This document shows positions 48,964 through 60,909 of a stretch of DNA of 64,000 nucleotides, piece by piece (the first letter of the stretch is position 1; every line of letters begins with the position of its first letter). The DNA comes from Anthoceros angustus. Lineage: Eukaryota; Plantae; Anthocerotophyta. Under the pieces are notes generated by a model, which was not told the DNA's origin, made no database searches, and worked only from the letters and a program-made list of their open reading frames with translations. The translations under genes were made by a program, and so were the position numbers. Location of the stretch: assembly GCA_010909165.1 (NCBI GenBank), contig MU008181.1, positions 620,001-684,000 on the forward strand, in the 5' to 3' direction.

Positions 48964-49450
48964 GCCTTGGACAAAGAAGAGGAACCTTCTTGCAGTAGAA
49001 ATTGATTCTAGCCTTAATATTGCCTTCTATCACCACCCACTGCAAAGATTGAAACTTATGGAAGAGAATTTGCAATTCCAGGAGGGACAGGAGAGGAATA
49101 GCCAAGAGTGTGAAACTCGCATGGTGACCATAATAGCAGACATCTTGGAGCGTTTGGAGATGATCAAGAAGAACCTGAAGATATTAATAATGTATCAACG
49201 AGGAAGGGATTGTCTCCACAAAAAGGGATTTGTCTGAAGTCTTATAAAAAATACCCAAAATCTTACTAAAAAATAAGACTCTCTTTAGAAAGTGCCTTTT
49301 TGCACATATTTGTTGAGTCACAAACACCCTGAACACTTTCAATAATTTACAAAATCAGGATATAAAGGGCCTAGGAGTTGCCGATCATATCTGCTATGGA
49401 CATGGATTTTGTCATTTCCAACATGTGTGTGGATTCCAAATGGTGTCCTT

Positions 49451-50611
49451 CTAGACATCAAATGCTGCGAAGCAAGTACACATCAGCCGACTTAACAAGC
49501 TGGCTACCTCCGAAGCTGTGACTCGCTTATTTGTAGGGATAAAATATGCTTGTTTGGTGAATCTATCCACCACTGTTATGATAGCTGTACAACCATTATT
49601 GGGTGGCAAAGGCATGATAAAATCCATAGAGATACTCTTCCATGGTCCACTTGGAGTAGGGAGGGGCTGTAGCAAACCTCTTGGGTTAGCTTGCTCTACC
49701 TTATCCTGCTGACAAACAGCACATGCCTTGACATAATCCACTGTATCTTGATACATTCCCTGCCAGTAAAACAACTTCCTTAGCTTCTCATAAGTGGGGT
49801 CAATTTCATAGTGACCTGCACTTGGCACATCATGACATTCAGCAAGCAATTTGCTCTTCAACTCTGAAGAAATATGGATCACAATCCTCTTCTGTTTGTA
49901 TATCAACAAACCATTCTGCAGTTTGAACTTGCTTCCTTTCTGCTCTATTCCATTAATCTAGTCTTAAACATTTGGATCCTGCGGATATGCTTCCTTGATT
50001 TGTTTGTGAGTGTCCATAGGTTCAACCAGCATGGCCATTGCCTTTACCTCCTGACTCTTTTTGCGACTCAGTACATCCACAACCTTATTTTCTTTTCCAG
50101 GTTTATACTTGAGAGTCACATCATACATAGCTAGGAAATCTTGCCATCTAGCTTGTCTTGCATTCAACTTCAACTGGTTAGAGAAGAATGTTGTGCTGAT
50201 ATTATCAATATAGAGCACAAAAGATCTGCCCAAGAGATAGTGTCTCCATACCTTTAGACAATGAATGACAACAGTCATTTCCTTCTCATAGGTGAGATAC
50301 TTCAACTCATAAGGATACAATTTCCTTGACTGAAAAGCTATCCGCTTATGGTCTTGTATCAACACTCCACCTATGGCCACGTCTGAGGCATCGCTGTACA
50401 CTTCCACATCCTTCTTGGGATTATATATTCCTAAAACCGGAGTAGTGCTCAATTTCATCTTCAAGTATTCAAATGCTGCTTGACATTCAACATCCCCCTT
50501 CCAAGCTTTCGTCATCTTTAAGAGGTCAGTTATGGGGGCTGCTATCTTAACAAACTTATGTACAAATCTCCTGTACACAGAAGCCAAACCCATTGGCTCG
50601 CCTTCAGTCAC
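49451..50611 (-). mobile_element. Chromovirus-type Ty3/Gypsy pol fragment (RT end, RNase H, integrase)
   Basis: GLASVYRRFV..DASDVAIGGVL..AFQSRKL..EKEM..CLKVWRHYLLG..RQARWQDFLA; integrase HDVPSAGH..CAVCQQDK..GPWKSISMDFI..VVDRFTK. Confidence 0.93.
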
Positions 50612-51008
50612 AACTATAGTCTTGCAATTCGATCACCCCTGAAATAGCTATTCCCCATGAACTCTTGTATCCTAAAAACAAGGAAAACAAAAAACTTCCA
50701 TACGCAAGCAAACGATCTATTTTACCATATGGAGGACGAAGGATGCAACTACATTGAACTTACTTTCCAGGCTTTGTGTATGGGAAACCAGAGAGGAACT
50801 TGAGTCTTGCGTTAGCAGTCTGGCGCATCCCATCACTTTATCTATCGAAGACTCGAGAAAAGGAATCTTCAACGGACTACGATGCAACCCTTCACTCCAA
50901 ACTTTAGAATGCAATACTAAACCCCAAAAACTATGCAAAATAACGACATGTTTTCAGCGGCAAGGTTAACAGGCAAACGATCCCCAATCAGTTCTTAAGT
51001 GGAGCATG

Positions 51009-51158
51009 CGACGCACTCCATGCAAGAGTGCGTCGGAATACCGTCGCACTTCACACAAGAAGTCGTCGGGGGTATTAGCGCACTTCACACAAGAGTGCGT
51101 CGGGCTAGCGCCGCACTTCGCACAAGAGTGCGTCGGGCTACAGCCTCACTTCACACAA
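51009..51158. repeat. 33-34 bp tandem repeat with internal palindrome (~4.5 units)
   Basis: Core CGCACTTCACACAAGAGTGCGTCGG at ~51012, 51045, 51079, 51112. Confidence 0.85.
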
Positions 51159-51420
51159 TTTAAACAAATCTAATTTTTTTAATTTATTTTTTGGTTTTTC
51201 CAGATTTACAAAGTGGCTTCACTCCGCCGGGCAGCGCACTCTCCACCCCATTCACCTTGGTATTCCTTGCCACCCAACCCTTGCGACCGCTTGCCACCCC
51301 TTTCCTTGCAAGTTGCCACTCCTCCCCTTGCTACCCCATACCACCCAACCCTTGCCACCCCTCGCTCATCACTCTACTGGGCCCGATAGCATCGCCATCA
51401 GGCACAAAAATGCGAATTCT

Positions 51421-51600
51421 CTAACCGGGTCACATGATTCGGGGAAATATCAAACAACCCATGTGCAATTGTGCATCCTAGGCGATTATCTCCGTCTGCA
51501 GACTTCTCTAAATTGAATTTCACAGGGTTACGGATTCAACTCCAACCGGGTCACATGACTCCCGGAAATATCAAACAACCCTTGTGGAATTGTGCATCAA
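51421..51600. repeat. ~58-bp direct repeat pair
   Basis: AACCGGGTCACATGA.TC..GGAAATATCAAACAACCC.TGTG.AATTGTGCATC at ~51423 and ~51544. Confidence 0.75.
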
Positions 51601-52622
51601 CTGAGATCCACACCATGGTACAAGTTGTTAAGTACCAAGTCCCATGACGGAAATCCGTCCTTAGTGGAATTCAATAAAATTCTTCTTCTCTACTTCATAC
51701 GCTGGGATTCTCTCTCTACAAACATGCAGCGAAACATGATGTGGTCCAGTGAGAAAGAAAGGTCTGTGTATGAAGGCACGAAAGTACCCAGAAAGTGCTC
51801 TGTATGAGGTACAAAATATCCCTGACTGCACCACGGTGGGGTATGTTTGTGACCTAATAAAGTTTGTACGTTGTAGTGACTGGTCACTGTGCACTGTCTG
51901 GCGAGTTCTGAGAATATGACCACGCATATTAGAAGGATTTCAAGGTAAATTCACTTGTCATCCGACGTCACCTGCCAACATCTAAAGACGTCTCACCCAG
52001 CAGGAGATACGTTCTCAGTCGACTTCAGGGTCTGAAGTGCATGCCAGCTTTGGTGGCTCCGAAGCCCGACTTGCAAGCACGTATACATTCACTTTCGTCT
52101 TCCGCAACAGAAACACCCTCGATTGGCTGTGCTGTCTTGCCAGTGGCCATCCACCGAAGGCAGCCGTAGATTCCAAAGTGCAAAACACAGCTTTCTCCAG
52201 GTCCTGCAGATATCAAGTCGTATCGAAGTCAACAGGCTTGGACACACATTGAGATGCTCGACAGCTGTGCCAACGAATTGATAGAGTCAACATGGCGTAA
52301 GTTTGGATCTCGTCGACAGAGGTCCTCATACATTCAAAAGTGATCATCATATATTGAACACAACCCGCAATTGTGGCGCACCAATTACAGCGCAATCAAT
52401 ACAGCTTCAATATTTCCCACAATGTGAGGAACGTTAGCTTTGGGCTCATCTGCTCACTATCGATACTGCTGAACGTTGCTCAAAAATCACAGCGCATCGT
52501 CTCCAATGCCCCAGTACTGAAGGAATCCAGAACAACCTAGAACGCAACGCAGATGCGAGCGTGGTGTATCGAGTGCATGGTATGAAAAGATCTAAGGGTG
52601 GTCAGAAGGATTGAAGAGGTGG

Positions 52623-53773
52623 CTAGAGAATGGAGCAATCGGCACGGATTTGTCCTGCTGTTCCTGTGAGCACTTTGTTGGCACCCATCTTGCCAATGGC
52701 TGTAACGAATTTGGAGAAGAAGATGGACTGGGACCGGGCGAACAAGACGGTCTCGCTGTTGGTAGAATTGTCGATGAAGAGGTTCTGGTCAGACTGGAAA
52801 ATGCCATCTGCAGTTTTCAAGCCCTTGTAGTAGGCGTTGTCGAATTTGGTGCTAGTGGAATCCATGGGCGTCTGGGCTGCGGTGGTTTGGGTGGGACAGA
52901 GAGCCTGGAGAGTTGCGGCCAGCGTGGAGTTCAAAGTGGGATCCAGTGGGGAGAGCCTGAAGAAGAAGGAGCCACAGTTGGCTACTCCGATGGTGTGCGC
53001 CCCTGCATCCTCACACAAACGATATTAATCTCTCCGCCAGCTGAAACGAGCTCACACTCTCGGACAGGCCGGCAGGAGTCCAGGCCACTCACCAGACAGG
53101 GCGACCATGTCGTTGGTGTTGAGCCCGTTGTTGGCAAAGATAGTGACCAGCTGGGCCACAGTGAATTGCGGGCCGGGGAGATTGCCGGTCACGTCCGTGC
53201 TGAGAGAGGTGAGCCCGTCCCTCCGCCCCCCCGGGACCGAGTATCTCGGCCCTCCTGACTGCAAACAAATTCATCCCACCATCCCACCGTTAAGGATGGC
53301 AAACCACGTCACGACGACCGCAATGCTTGCAGACACACCCTGGGGCAGGGCACCGGCCACCTCACCAGAGCGACCACATCCCGAGCCGCGTACGCCAGAA
53401 TGTCCGCGCAGGAGACCTTCCCGGGGCACGCCGCCTCCACCGCCGTCTTGGCGTCGAAGATGGCCTGGAATCCCCGCAGCGACTTGTTGGGCGGAGCGTC
53501 ACGCTCCGCCGTGTTGCTGGAAGTGGAGGTCACCAGCACGGAGCCGTCGCAGCCATTGACGAAGCAGTCGTGGAAGTGCATGCGCAGCACCCCGGGCGCC
53601 GTCCCCGAGTCCGCTTTGTAGGACGCCGTGATGGACTTGGTCACGATCGATTCCACGTTCACGGTCTTGGGGCACACGTTCCTGTAGAACCCCACGGCCA
53701 ATTGCGCGTCCGCCGGCCCCATTGCGAGAACCAACATTACCAGCACCACCAACCCCGTCCCCATCCTCCCCAT
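52623..53773 (-). CDS. PRX: Class III secretory peroxidase, 317 aa, 3 exons
   Basis: Exons 53773-53366, 53258-53093 (166 nt), 53002-52623. Signal peptide, QLAVGFY..CP, VLRMHFHDCFVNGCDGSVL, VSCADILAYAARD, DMVALSGAHTIG, FDNAYY, G.IR..C. Confidence 0.97.
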
Positions 53774-53807
53774 CCCCACCACCCACCTCCTCCCAACAAG
53801 ATTTGTC

Positions 53808-54010
53808 AAGTGGTCTGGCGCTCAAGAACTCTTCGACAAGAGAGTAATAGTGAAGTGGTCTCGCGCTCAAGAAATCTTTCACAAGAGAGTAAGAGCAGTA
53901 GTGAAGTGGTCTCGCGCTCAAGAACTCATTCACAAGAGAAGAATGAAGTGGTCTCGCGCTCAAGAACTCTTTCACACGAGAGTAATGAAGTGGTCTCGCA
54001 CGCAAGAAAT
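53808..54010. repeat. 42-51 bp tandem repeat (5 units) immediately 5' of the peroxidase ATG
   Basis: AAGTGGTCTCGCGCTCAAGAA(C/A)TC.TTCACAAGAGA starts at 53808, 53853, 53904, 53946, 53988. Confidence 0.92.
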
Positions 54011-55869
54011 CGCACGCGCTAAGGTATGGTGGGATTGAAGGGCGGGGGTGAGATGGAGGCGAGACCAAGCTCGAGAGAAAACAGGCAAAGGCGAGGCGCC
54101 GAGGAGAGGGAGGGCGATGGGTATTTGTATTGGGGACGCAACGCAATAATACGCACACAGCGGGGGAGACGGGGGCTGGGCCCCGCGAGAGGAGGGAGGT
54201 CAAAGCCGGGAGCGGCAAGAGGCGAGAGGCGAGCGGCGAGCGCAGCCGGCGGGAAAGCAGCGCGCGGTAGCTCTGGGTCTCGCCCAGTCACACGACCCCG
54301 CGTCGGGTGTTCTCGTTTCGTCTCCGCTTTACTGCTTTCCAGGAGGGCAACATCCTGGAGCTCCCGGCGTCGTCGGCACGCAGTCGGGCCGGGCCTTGCC
54401 TCCATCATCTCGCATCTCGCAGGGCAAAAGCTAAGCGATGCGCGGCATTATGACAGATTCTTCACTATTCTATGTTTCCCGCATAAAGCGAGCGCACAGT
54501 GCAGTGATGCCACCGATGCCCACTCCACAGCGCATTGCCAGTGCCTCAGGCGATGCATGCACAAGAAGGACGACATACGCATGTACCAATGGCGCATGCG
54601 CTGCTTCTCAGGAGTTCTGCATTGTTATGTGTGGAAAGCTCCTGGCAGGGGGAGCCGGGACGGGTGTCGTTTTGGACGTGCGGCAGCCCGGCAACAATGC
54701 CTCGCAGCCCGAGCCCTGGGCCTGGTCGGAAGCTCGAATTGGAATGTGGGAAAATTCCACTCCGTCGATCGGGCCCGGTCGACGCCGGGCGGACTGCGGG
54801 CTGCGGGCTGCGGCGACTTGGGTCCCGACTCCCGAGTCCCCGATCACTCACCGCCGTCCGCTATTTAAAGCTGGCCAACGCGCATACACCATGGACTGTT
54901 TCAAGCTTCCATCACGGATGCTGCGGAGTGATAATGCCGTCCGTTATGCACTTCATGGCTTGACTTGGCTGGACCAAATAAAATTATTCTTCTTCTTCCT
55001 CGCATCGTCGTGTCTTGCAGCCCGGGTTACATCTGACACAGACGGGACGGCGCGCCGGGATGGGAGAGACTGGCATCCTCTCCCCGGCGCGGGAGCCGAG
55101 CAGCTTCGGGCCGGCCTTCGGCTGGGTTGCCGGGAAGGGCGCACCTGTTTTCCATTGCATTGGGGCGGGCGCCGGGCAGTGGACAGCGCTAGCGGCGCCA
55201 GTACTGTACATCGATCTCTGCGCTGCGCAACTTGGTGTCAGGGGAGAGGCCTAGGGTGGCGTGTGGTTCAGGACTGTGATCTGGGGGGAGATTACGGGCT
55301 GGACGAACGGAACGGGGAGGGGAGGGGATTTGGGTGGATTTGGGGCACCCTGATCGCGTTTTGGTTGTGTACTGTGGCGCTGATGAGTGCTTGAAGTTGT
55401 CACCCTGCCGTGGACGAGATGGCAGGGGAGATATTTGCCTGCAAGTATGTGTACAGAGATATGCATGTACATATCTCCTGGTGGTCGGGCCCACGAGCAT
55501 GGCATTCCCTTGTGTCGCAGCAGAAGTTGCTGCGCCTGGACCGCTGCCACGATTCCCGCTTCAGGCACGTACCGTCCCGAAAGGCAGCCAGCAGCCAGGT
55601 TGCTTTTGCACGCACTCTGCAGACTACGAGGCACCCGCCAACATTGTTAACAGCATAGTGGATGCAAGGAGGTTGCAAGTTGCAGCCATCGCAAACATTC
55701 AATGTTGCCGTACCTGAAAATGCGACCACTTGCAATCTCCGAGCTGAACTGGGAAATGATCAACCAGTGCGCTGGTTTACGGGCCATCCTTCAGCTTAGG
55801 AGAAAATGATCTTACATTTTCACATGGACAAGGTGATAAAGCGAGGATCCAACTCACAACCTTTCGCAC

Positions 55870-56983
55870 CCGAGTATGGAATACCGATCTGGTCACACGG
55901 GAGCGTGTGTGTGACTTTCGTTTTCTTGGGTGTACGCTACGGAAATATGCCACGGCATCTTTTAGATACTTACATACAATATACATATCATACGTACCAC
56001 ATCAGCTTTCTCGTACGTAGGGCAAAAACTTTCTATGACGCGATCACACGCCTGGTTTCCGATTGTGTCATGCACATGTCTTGTTTAGGGTTTTAAGGTT
56101 TCGATCCGATCAACACACATATCTGTTAAATAGGCGAATAAGCGGGCAAGACACACATACACAAATTTTTGTTCGCCAGGAACTGCATGTCGCGAGGGAC
56201 AATGCCTATGCGAAGGGCTTGGAGGGCATGGACTTCCTCCCCGATATGTACCGCCTACACCTGGCACTCACGACATTGTGAAGGGAGTGCAGACGCAGGG
56301 GGGAGGCACTGCCCGAGTACCTCCAGCAGCGGACGCAGACTGAAGCCACGCCGTGGGTGTGGATAGGGATCACCCTGCTGCGTCATGTAGTCCTGTAAGC
56401 CCTTTGAACCGTACACTTGTGCACTGCAAGCTTTTTTGGGTGCAAGCCTTGTATGTGTCGCTTGCCATGGAAGCCCTTCTCTGGTCCTTTGGTACAAGCT
56501 TGTTTCGGGTAGCAGTGCTATGTGAAACCGCACTCTAACAGGCGCGAGCTTAGGAAACGCTGCAGCCCAGATGTAGCTGCCAAACACCGCAGCCTTTGTA
56601 CGTAAGGGCAAACGACTCACCGACCGCAAACACAATTGCAAATGGTAAGCGTAGCGCTAACGCAACCGCTGACAACCGTAACAAATTGTGGATGCCGCGT
56701 GACTAGAGATGGCATTTTGCGTGCCGCAATGGCGCGGCAACGCTGAAGACCTAAACGCAACCCTAAACCCGAGAGAAGAAAAGTTTCTGTGTATCATGAA
56801 ATCTTTTCATGCATCATGGGGTAGGTTGACGACATCGGGACTCTGAGGGGCCGCAGCCCCAACCGATGTGGTCATGCGTGATATACCGAAATAGTTTCGC
56901 CGTATGCGGCAGGACTATTTCTTTCTGTCCACAATCCTAAAAAAATGTGGATGCCGTGTAACCAGATCGGTATTCCATACCCG
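55870..56983. mobile_element. Possible decayed non-autonomous TIR element
   Basis: 30-bp inverted repeat with 2 mismatches at 55871-55900 and 56954-56983; inner inverted TTTAGGG (56084) and CCCTAAA (56761). Confidence 0.4.
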
Positions 56984-58879
56984 AGGCAGCGACAATGTGT
57001 TCGCTAAGTGTGAAATCCTATCACAACCCTTCCCACCTGGAGCGACAACAGCAATTTATATGCAAGGCCTAAAACAACTCTATATTCACAAGCACACAGT
57101 TAGAAGAAATAGAAATTACTATTTGAACTCCAATTATCCTAGCATATATATGAGCCACAAGGGCTTTGTCCGCGTAGCTTGTTGTTCTCTTGTTTAATAT
57201 AATATTCTTTTCAACAATAATCAAGGCCGGAGGCCTTGATTCTCTCTTTATTCGATTTATCTAGAATCGAATGCCGGAAGAACCAAAAACAAAAATGGTG
57301 AAAAGGTTGGAAAATCTTGCCAAAGAAGGTGATAGCCTTGTAACTTTTTCCTATGGTTCGATTGAATAAGTAAAACGTGCATACTGTATTTGAATTCTGA
57401 TCGCCTTAATGCGTCCGCAGGTTTTTGGACGTGCTGTTGCACATGGAGGGACTACTAACATGTTGCGTTCGGGGAACTCTCACTATTTCCCCAAATAGCA
57501 ATCCTTAGATTTTCTAGGTCGAACTTAGACTCAACCTCTGGCTGTCAGCCAGCACAAGCGGCCGCTAAGAATAATCTTCAAGAAAATTACATGAATCTTC
57601 ATGTAAGAGGAATTTTTGAGTCTTAATGTAAGAGGAATTACAAAAATGAGGAACATAGCCTGTGACTTAAAAGAGGAAGGAAAGAAATAAAAGCGTGGTA
57701 TTAGAGACGTAGTAACATATGTGCTCGAGGCTTCCGTTGATTCTGTACAAATAAAAAATAAATCTAAATAAGGCAAGGTGAGAGAAGATCTGGCTAATAA
57801 AAAAATACGCTCTTCTGGAAACCAATGACACGTAAACCATGTCAAACTAAAGCGAATCAATATCCGAAAGAAATGAATTCTAACTTCCTCCGGAATAGTT
57901 TTGAATACAAAATTCATGATATTTCGCCATGTGTTGAATCTGAGTCTTCGACCCCGCCAACCCCTCCCCTCCCCCCCTAAGTGGCTGCTATAGAAGGCCC
58001 ACTCTTCCCATAGAGGTATCTAATTTGCTCGTACAGAAGACAGACTAGGTATATAGTGCAAGTTGGTTTCTAGACTGAAAGTTCCGAGATGATCACAGCT
58101 CCCCATGCTTTCACACCTTTTGGGTAGAAAGAGGTTTCTCTAGTAACCCCTTCTTGCACGCGGACTTCCGCAAACCCCAAATTGCACCCTAAAAAATCCG
58201 CACTAAAAACGGCCTTTTTGAAGAGTTTAGGTGTACGCACGAATGTATTTAATTTTAAACTTTATCCAATTTTGAGGTTTCCTAAAAGAAGGTCATTCTC
58301 ACAACCAGCACGTGTACAAAGATTTAGACTTTTTAGGGCACATGCTTTGATTCTGGTGCCCAAACTTGTTTGCGCACTAACCTTTCACTTGTACCATTTA
58401 GTCCTAAGACTATACTCTCGCTCTAGGAATTCTACAAGACTTTGTTTCTCAAATATTACATGATGCTCTTGATCCGCGTGTAGTGCGAGAATAAAATTGG
58501 TATGGTTTGCACTTGGAACTGGGCCCGTGCCAAACGTCTCAAGATTCAAAAGAGGCAAAAGGTTCTCACTACTAGCTCAAAGTTTTGATCACTAGAAAAA
58601 AAAAAAAGGGCTAAGGCAAGATGAGGACATGTCCAGATTATGGAGGTGCACAAAAAGGGTTGAATACGCCAAAAGGAACCCTTTAAAACATCAAAAGTAA
58701 ATACGAAAAAGCGCAAAAAATGCCAAATTTTAGGGTAAGTGCGTGCACTTACCTCTAAAATTTGGATTTTTTTTCCATGTTTTTTTAAATTTTTTGCTCA
58801 TTTTTGCTGGGAATGAATCGTCGGGGAATGCACTAGAAGGCATGATCTATATGGGTTCATGCCCCAGGGCCTTCTTGAC

Positions 58880-59110
58880 CCCAGGTGCGTGCACTTGTGC
58901 GTGCACCAGGCCCCATTGCCCCCCGGTGCACACACAACATGGTCCCCTTGCATCAAGTTGCGCGCACAACAGGGCCTCCTTGCCCGCAAGTGCGGCACAA
59001 CAGGGCTCCCTTGCCCCGAGGTGCGCACCAAGGCCCCCTTGCCCCAAGGTGCGCACCAAGGCCCCCTTGCCCCAAGGTGCGCATAGTTGGGTCTTCTTGC
59101 CCCCGAGTGC
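58880..59110. repeat. 28-bp degenerate tandem repeat
   Basis: GTGCGCACCAAGGCCCCCTTGCCCCAAG at 59021, 59049 and 59077, with diverged flanking copies. Confidence 0.85.
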
Positions 59111-59494
59111 GGAAATATGTTTGCGCACCTGGATCTTCTTGTTCATTTTGCACAAACAAGCTTGCACATTGCCACGTTTGGTGCGCAAACTTGTTTGCGC
59201 ACTCATTTCATTCCGTCCGCTTTCTAACAAAAACACTAGTATGGGATGAACGGCGGACATTCAAAACTAACGTGCAACTGACGGTTCTGATTATCTTCAC
59301 CCCTTCAAAATCGTGTTGCCCAACCATGGATGCGACATATTGTGACCAAATGAACATGTAGGGTATGGCATCGCGAGTTTGAACACCACGTTTAAACTAA
59401 CAAAAACATAAAAAAAAGCCTAAAATAGGGAGGGCATGGCATGGGAGGGCTAATAGGGAGGTTGCGCCCTCTAAAATAGGGAGGTCTCATGACA

Positions 59495-60045
59495 TCTTTA
59501 GATGAGGCATCTTTGGAGGAGATCATTTGAGGAAGTGACTCGATGTAGAGATCTTCATCAGAATTAGAATCTGTAGGTAAATGTTGACTCTGCAGAGAAC
59601 TATTAGAAATTATGTTTTCTAAATCTTCAATACGTTTATTTAAACGATTGAGACCAAGAATAAGCAATGATAATTGCTGAATTGTGGCCTTATGATTTAG
59701 TTCTGTATCTAATTTGATGGATTCTACAATTGGCTGCAAGAAATTTGTGTTGGTAGAAGCACTAGGACCAGCAAATATATTTGGAAGATGTTGGAGTGCA
59801 AGTGTAATTGATTCTACTTGTGAGCAGCTAAAACGAGAAAGTAGATCTCTTCTAGCAAGCTTGATCAATTGCCCTTGATTTTCTGATTTGATTATAATAG
59901 CTCCAATGTAGTTGCTAATAATCTTGGAATCTCCTTCAACTTGATCTCTAATGTGCTTAGGATTGATGATGTTTAGTCGTTTATCCTTTGTTGCAGCCTT
60001 GGATCTCCTTCTATTCTCTTGTCTACAAGGATTTAGGAAATCCAT
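59495..60045 (-). CDS. Coiled-coil ORF downstream of a tRNA-iMet PBS (retroelement gag N-terminus or caulimovirid-like), 3'-truncated
   Basis: ATG ~190 nt after TGGTATCAGAGC; 183 open codons with heptad QQLSLLILGLNRLNKRIEDLENI and acidic DSNSDED. Cut at 59494 by a foreign sequence beginning TGTCATGA (minus strand). Confidence 0.5.
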
Positions 60046-60237
60046 GGTACATAGACAAGAGAAAAATGCACAAATTGTGCATTATAAATGTATGAAATAA
60101 AGCATAATGAAGTTGCCGCCAAATAGAAGCCCTCCTTGGAGAATAATCTCCATATAAATGATCTAGAATAGAAAATGCATAGCAGGATTAATGCCTCAGA
60201 GGATGGCAAACAATATGCTTGAGAATCTAGAGCCAAA

Positions 60238-60430
60238 GCTCTGATACCATGATGAAAATCATGCACACACACTTGCACAAAAGCTTGTTGCATTGCATAA
60301 TAGAAAATACATGCCTTTATATAGGCAAGGTGGTTATAACCATAAGTGGTTGTAACCAATAAGTAGTTGTGACTAATATAACAACTATTTACCTAAATAA
60401 CTCCCTGCTCTGATACCATATGAAAACTCA
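60238..60430 (-). mobile_element. Two tRNA-iMet primer-binding sites flanking a short LTR-like unit
   Basis: TGGTATCAGAGC on the minus strand at 60249-60238 and 60418-60407; the intervening ~150 bp has CTATATAAAGG and ends TTCATCA. Confidence 0.75.
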
Positions 60431-60909
60431 TGGCAGATAGGAATGTCTTTCTTTTATTGCAGATTGTTCTCTCTTACAGAGAGCTGGGCTGGTATCCAGC
60501 TGTAAGCCTATGGGGACAGCAAAAATGGGTCCCATCAGTCCTTGCCATTCAGTACTTGTTAGCCATGGATAGGCGACTGTTGAAGACCCAGCTGGATCAC
60601 TGAACAGTTCACACCACTCATGAACAGTCACACCTGAACAGACACACCTCCTCATGAACCGTTGCACCTCCACATGAACACCTACACCTACACACATGAT
60701 CACAAGAGTGTATTGTAACGATGAGCAACTACTTAGTGCCCTAGAATTAATTAATATTTAATTTTAGATACCCTAGTGAATAGTGCCCTATTAGGTATAT
60801 ATTTTATCAAAAAGTGAATACGCGTTTGCACCCCAAAAAAAGACGGATTATAGCCATAACCCCCTTTTTGCAGAGAAACCCTTTTCTTACCCAGAAGATG
60901 TTAGGTGGA

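Noticed and set aside
53808-54010. Repeat-plus-variable-linker array as CRISPR-like
   Set aside because: Linkers are only 4-14 nt and related to each other; ordinary minisatellite evolution explains them. The same applies to 51009-51158.
54438-55394. 318-aa plus-strand ORF (and 53499-54218, 54026-54868)
   Set aside because: GC-rich stop-poor region with several overlapping ORFs and no recognisable domain.
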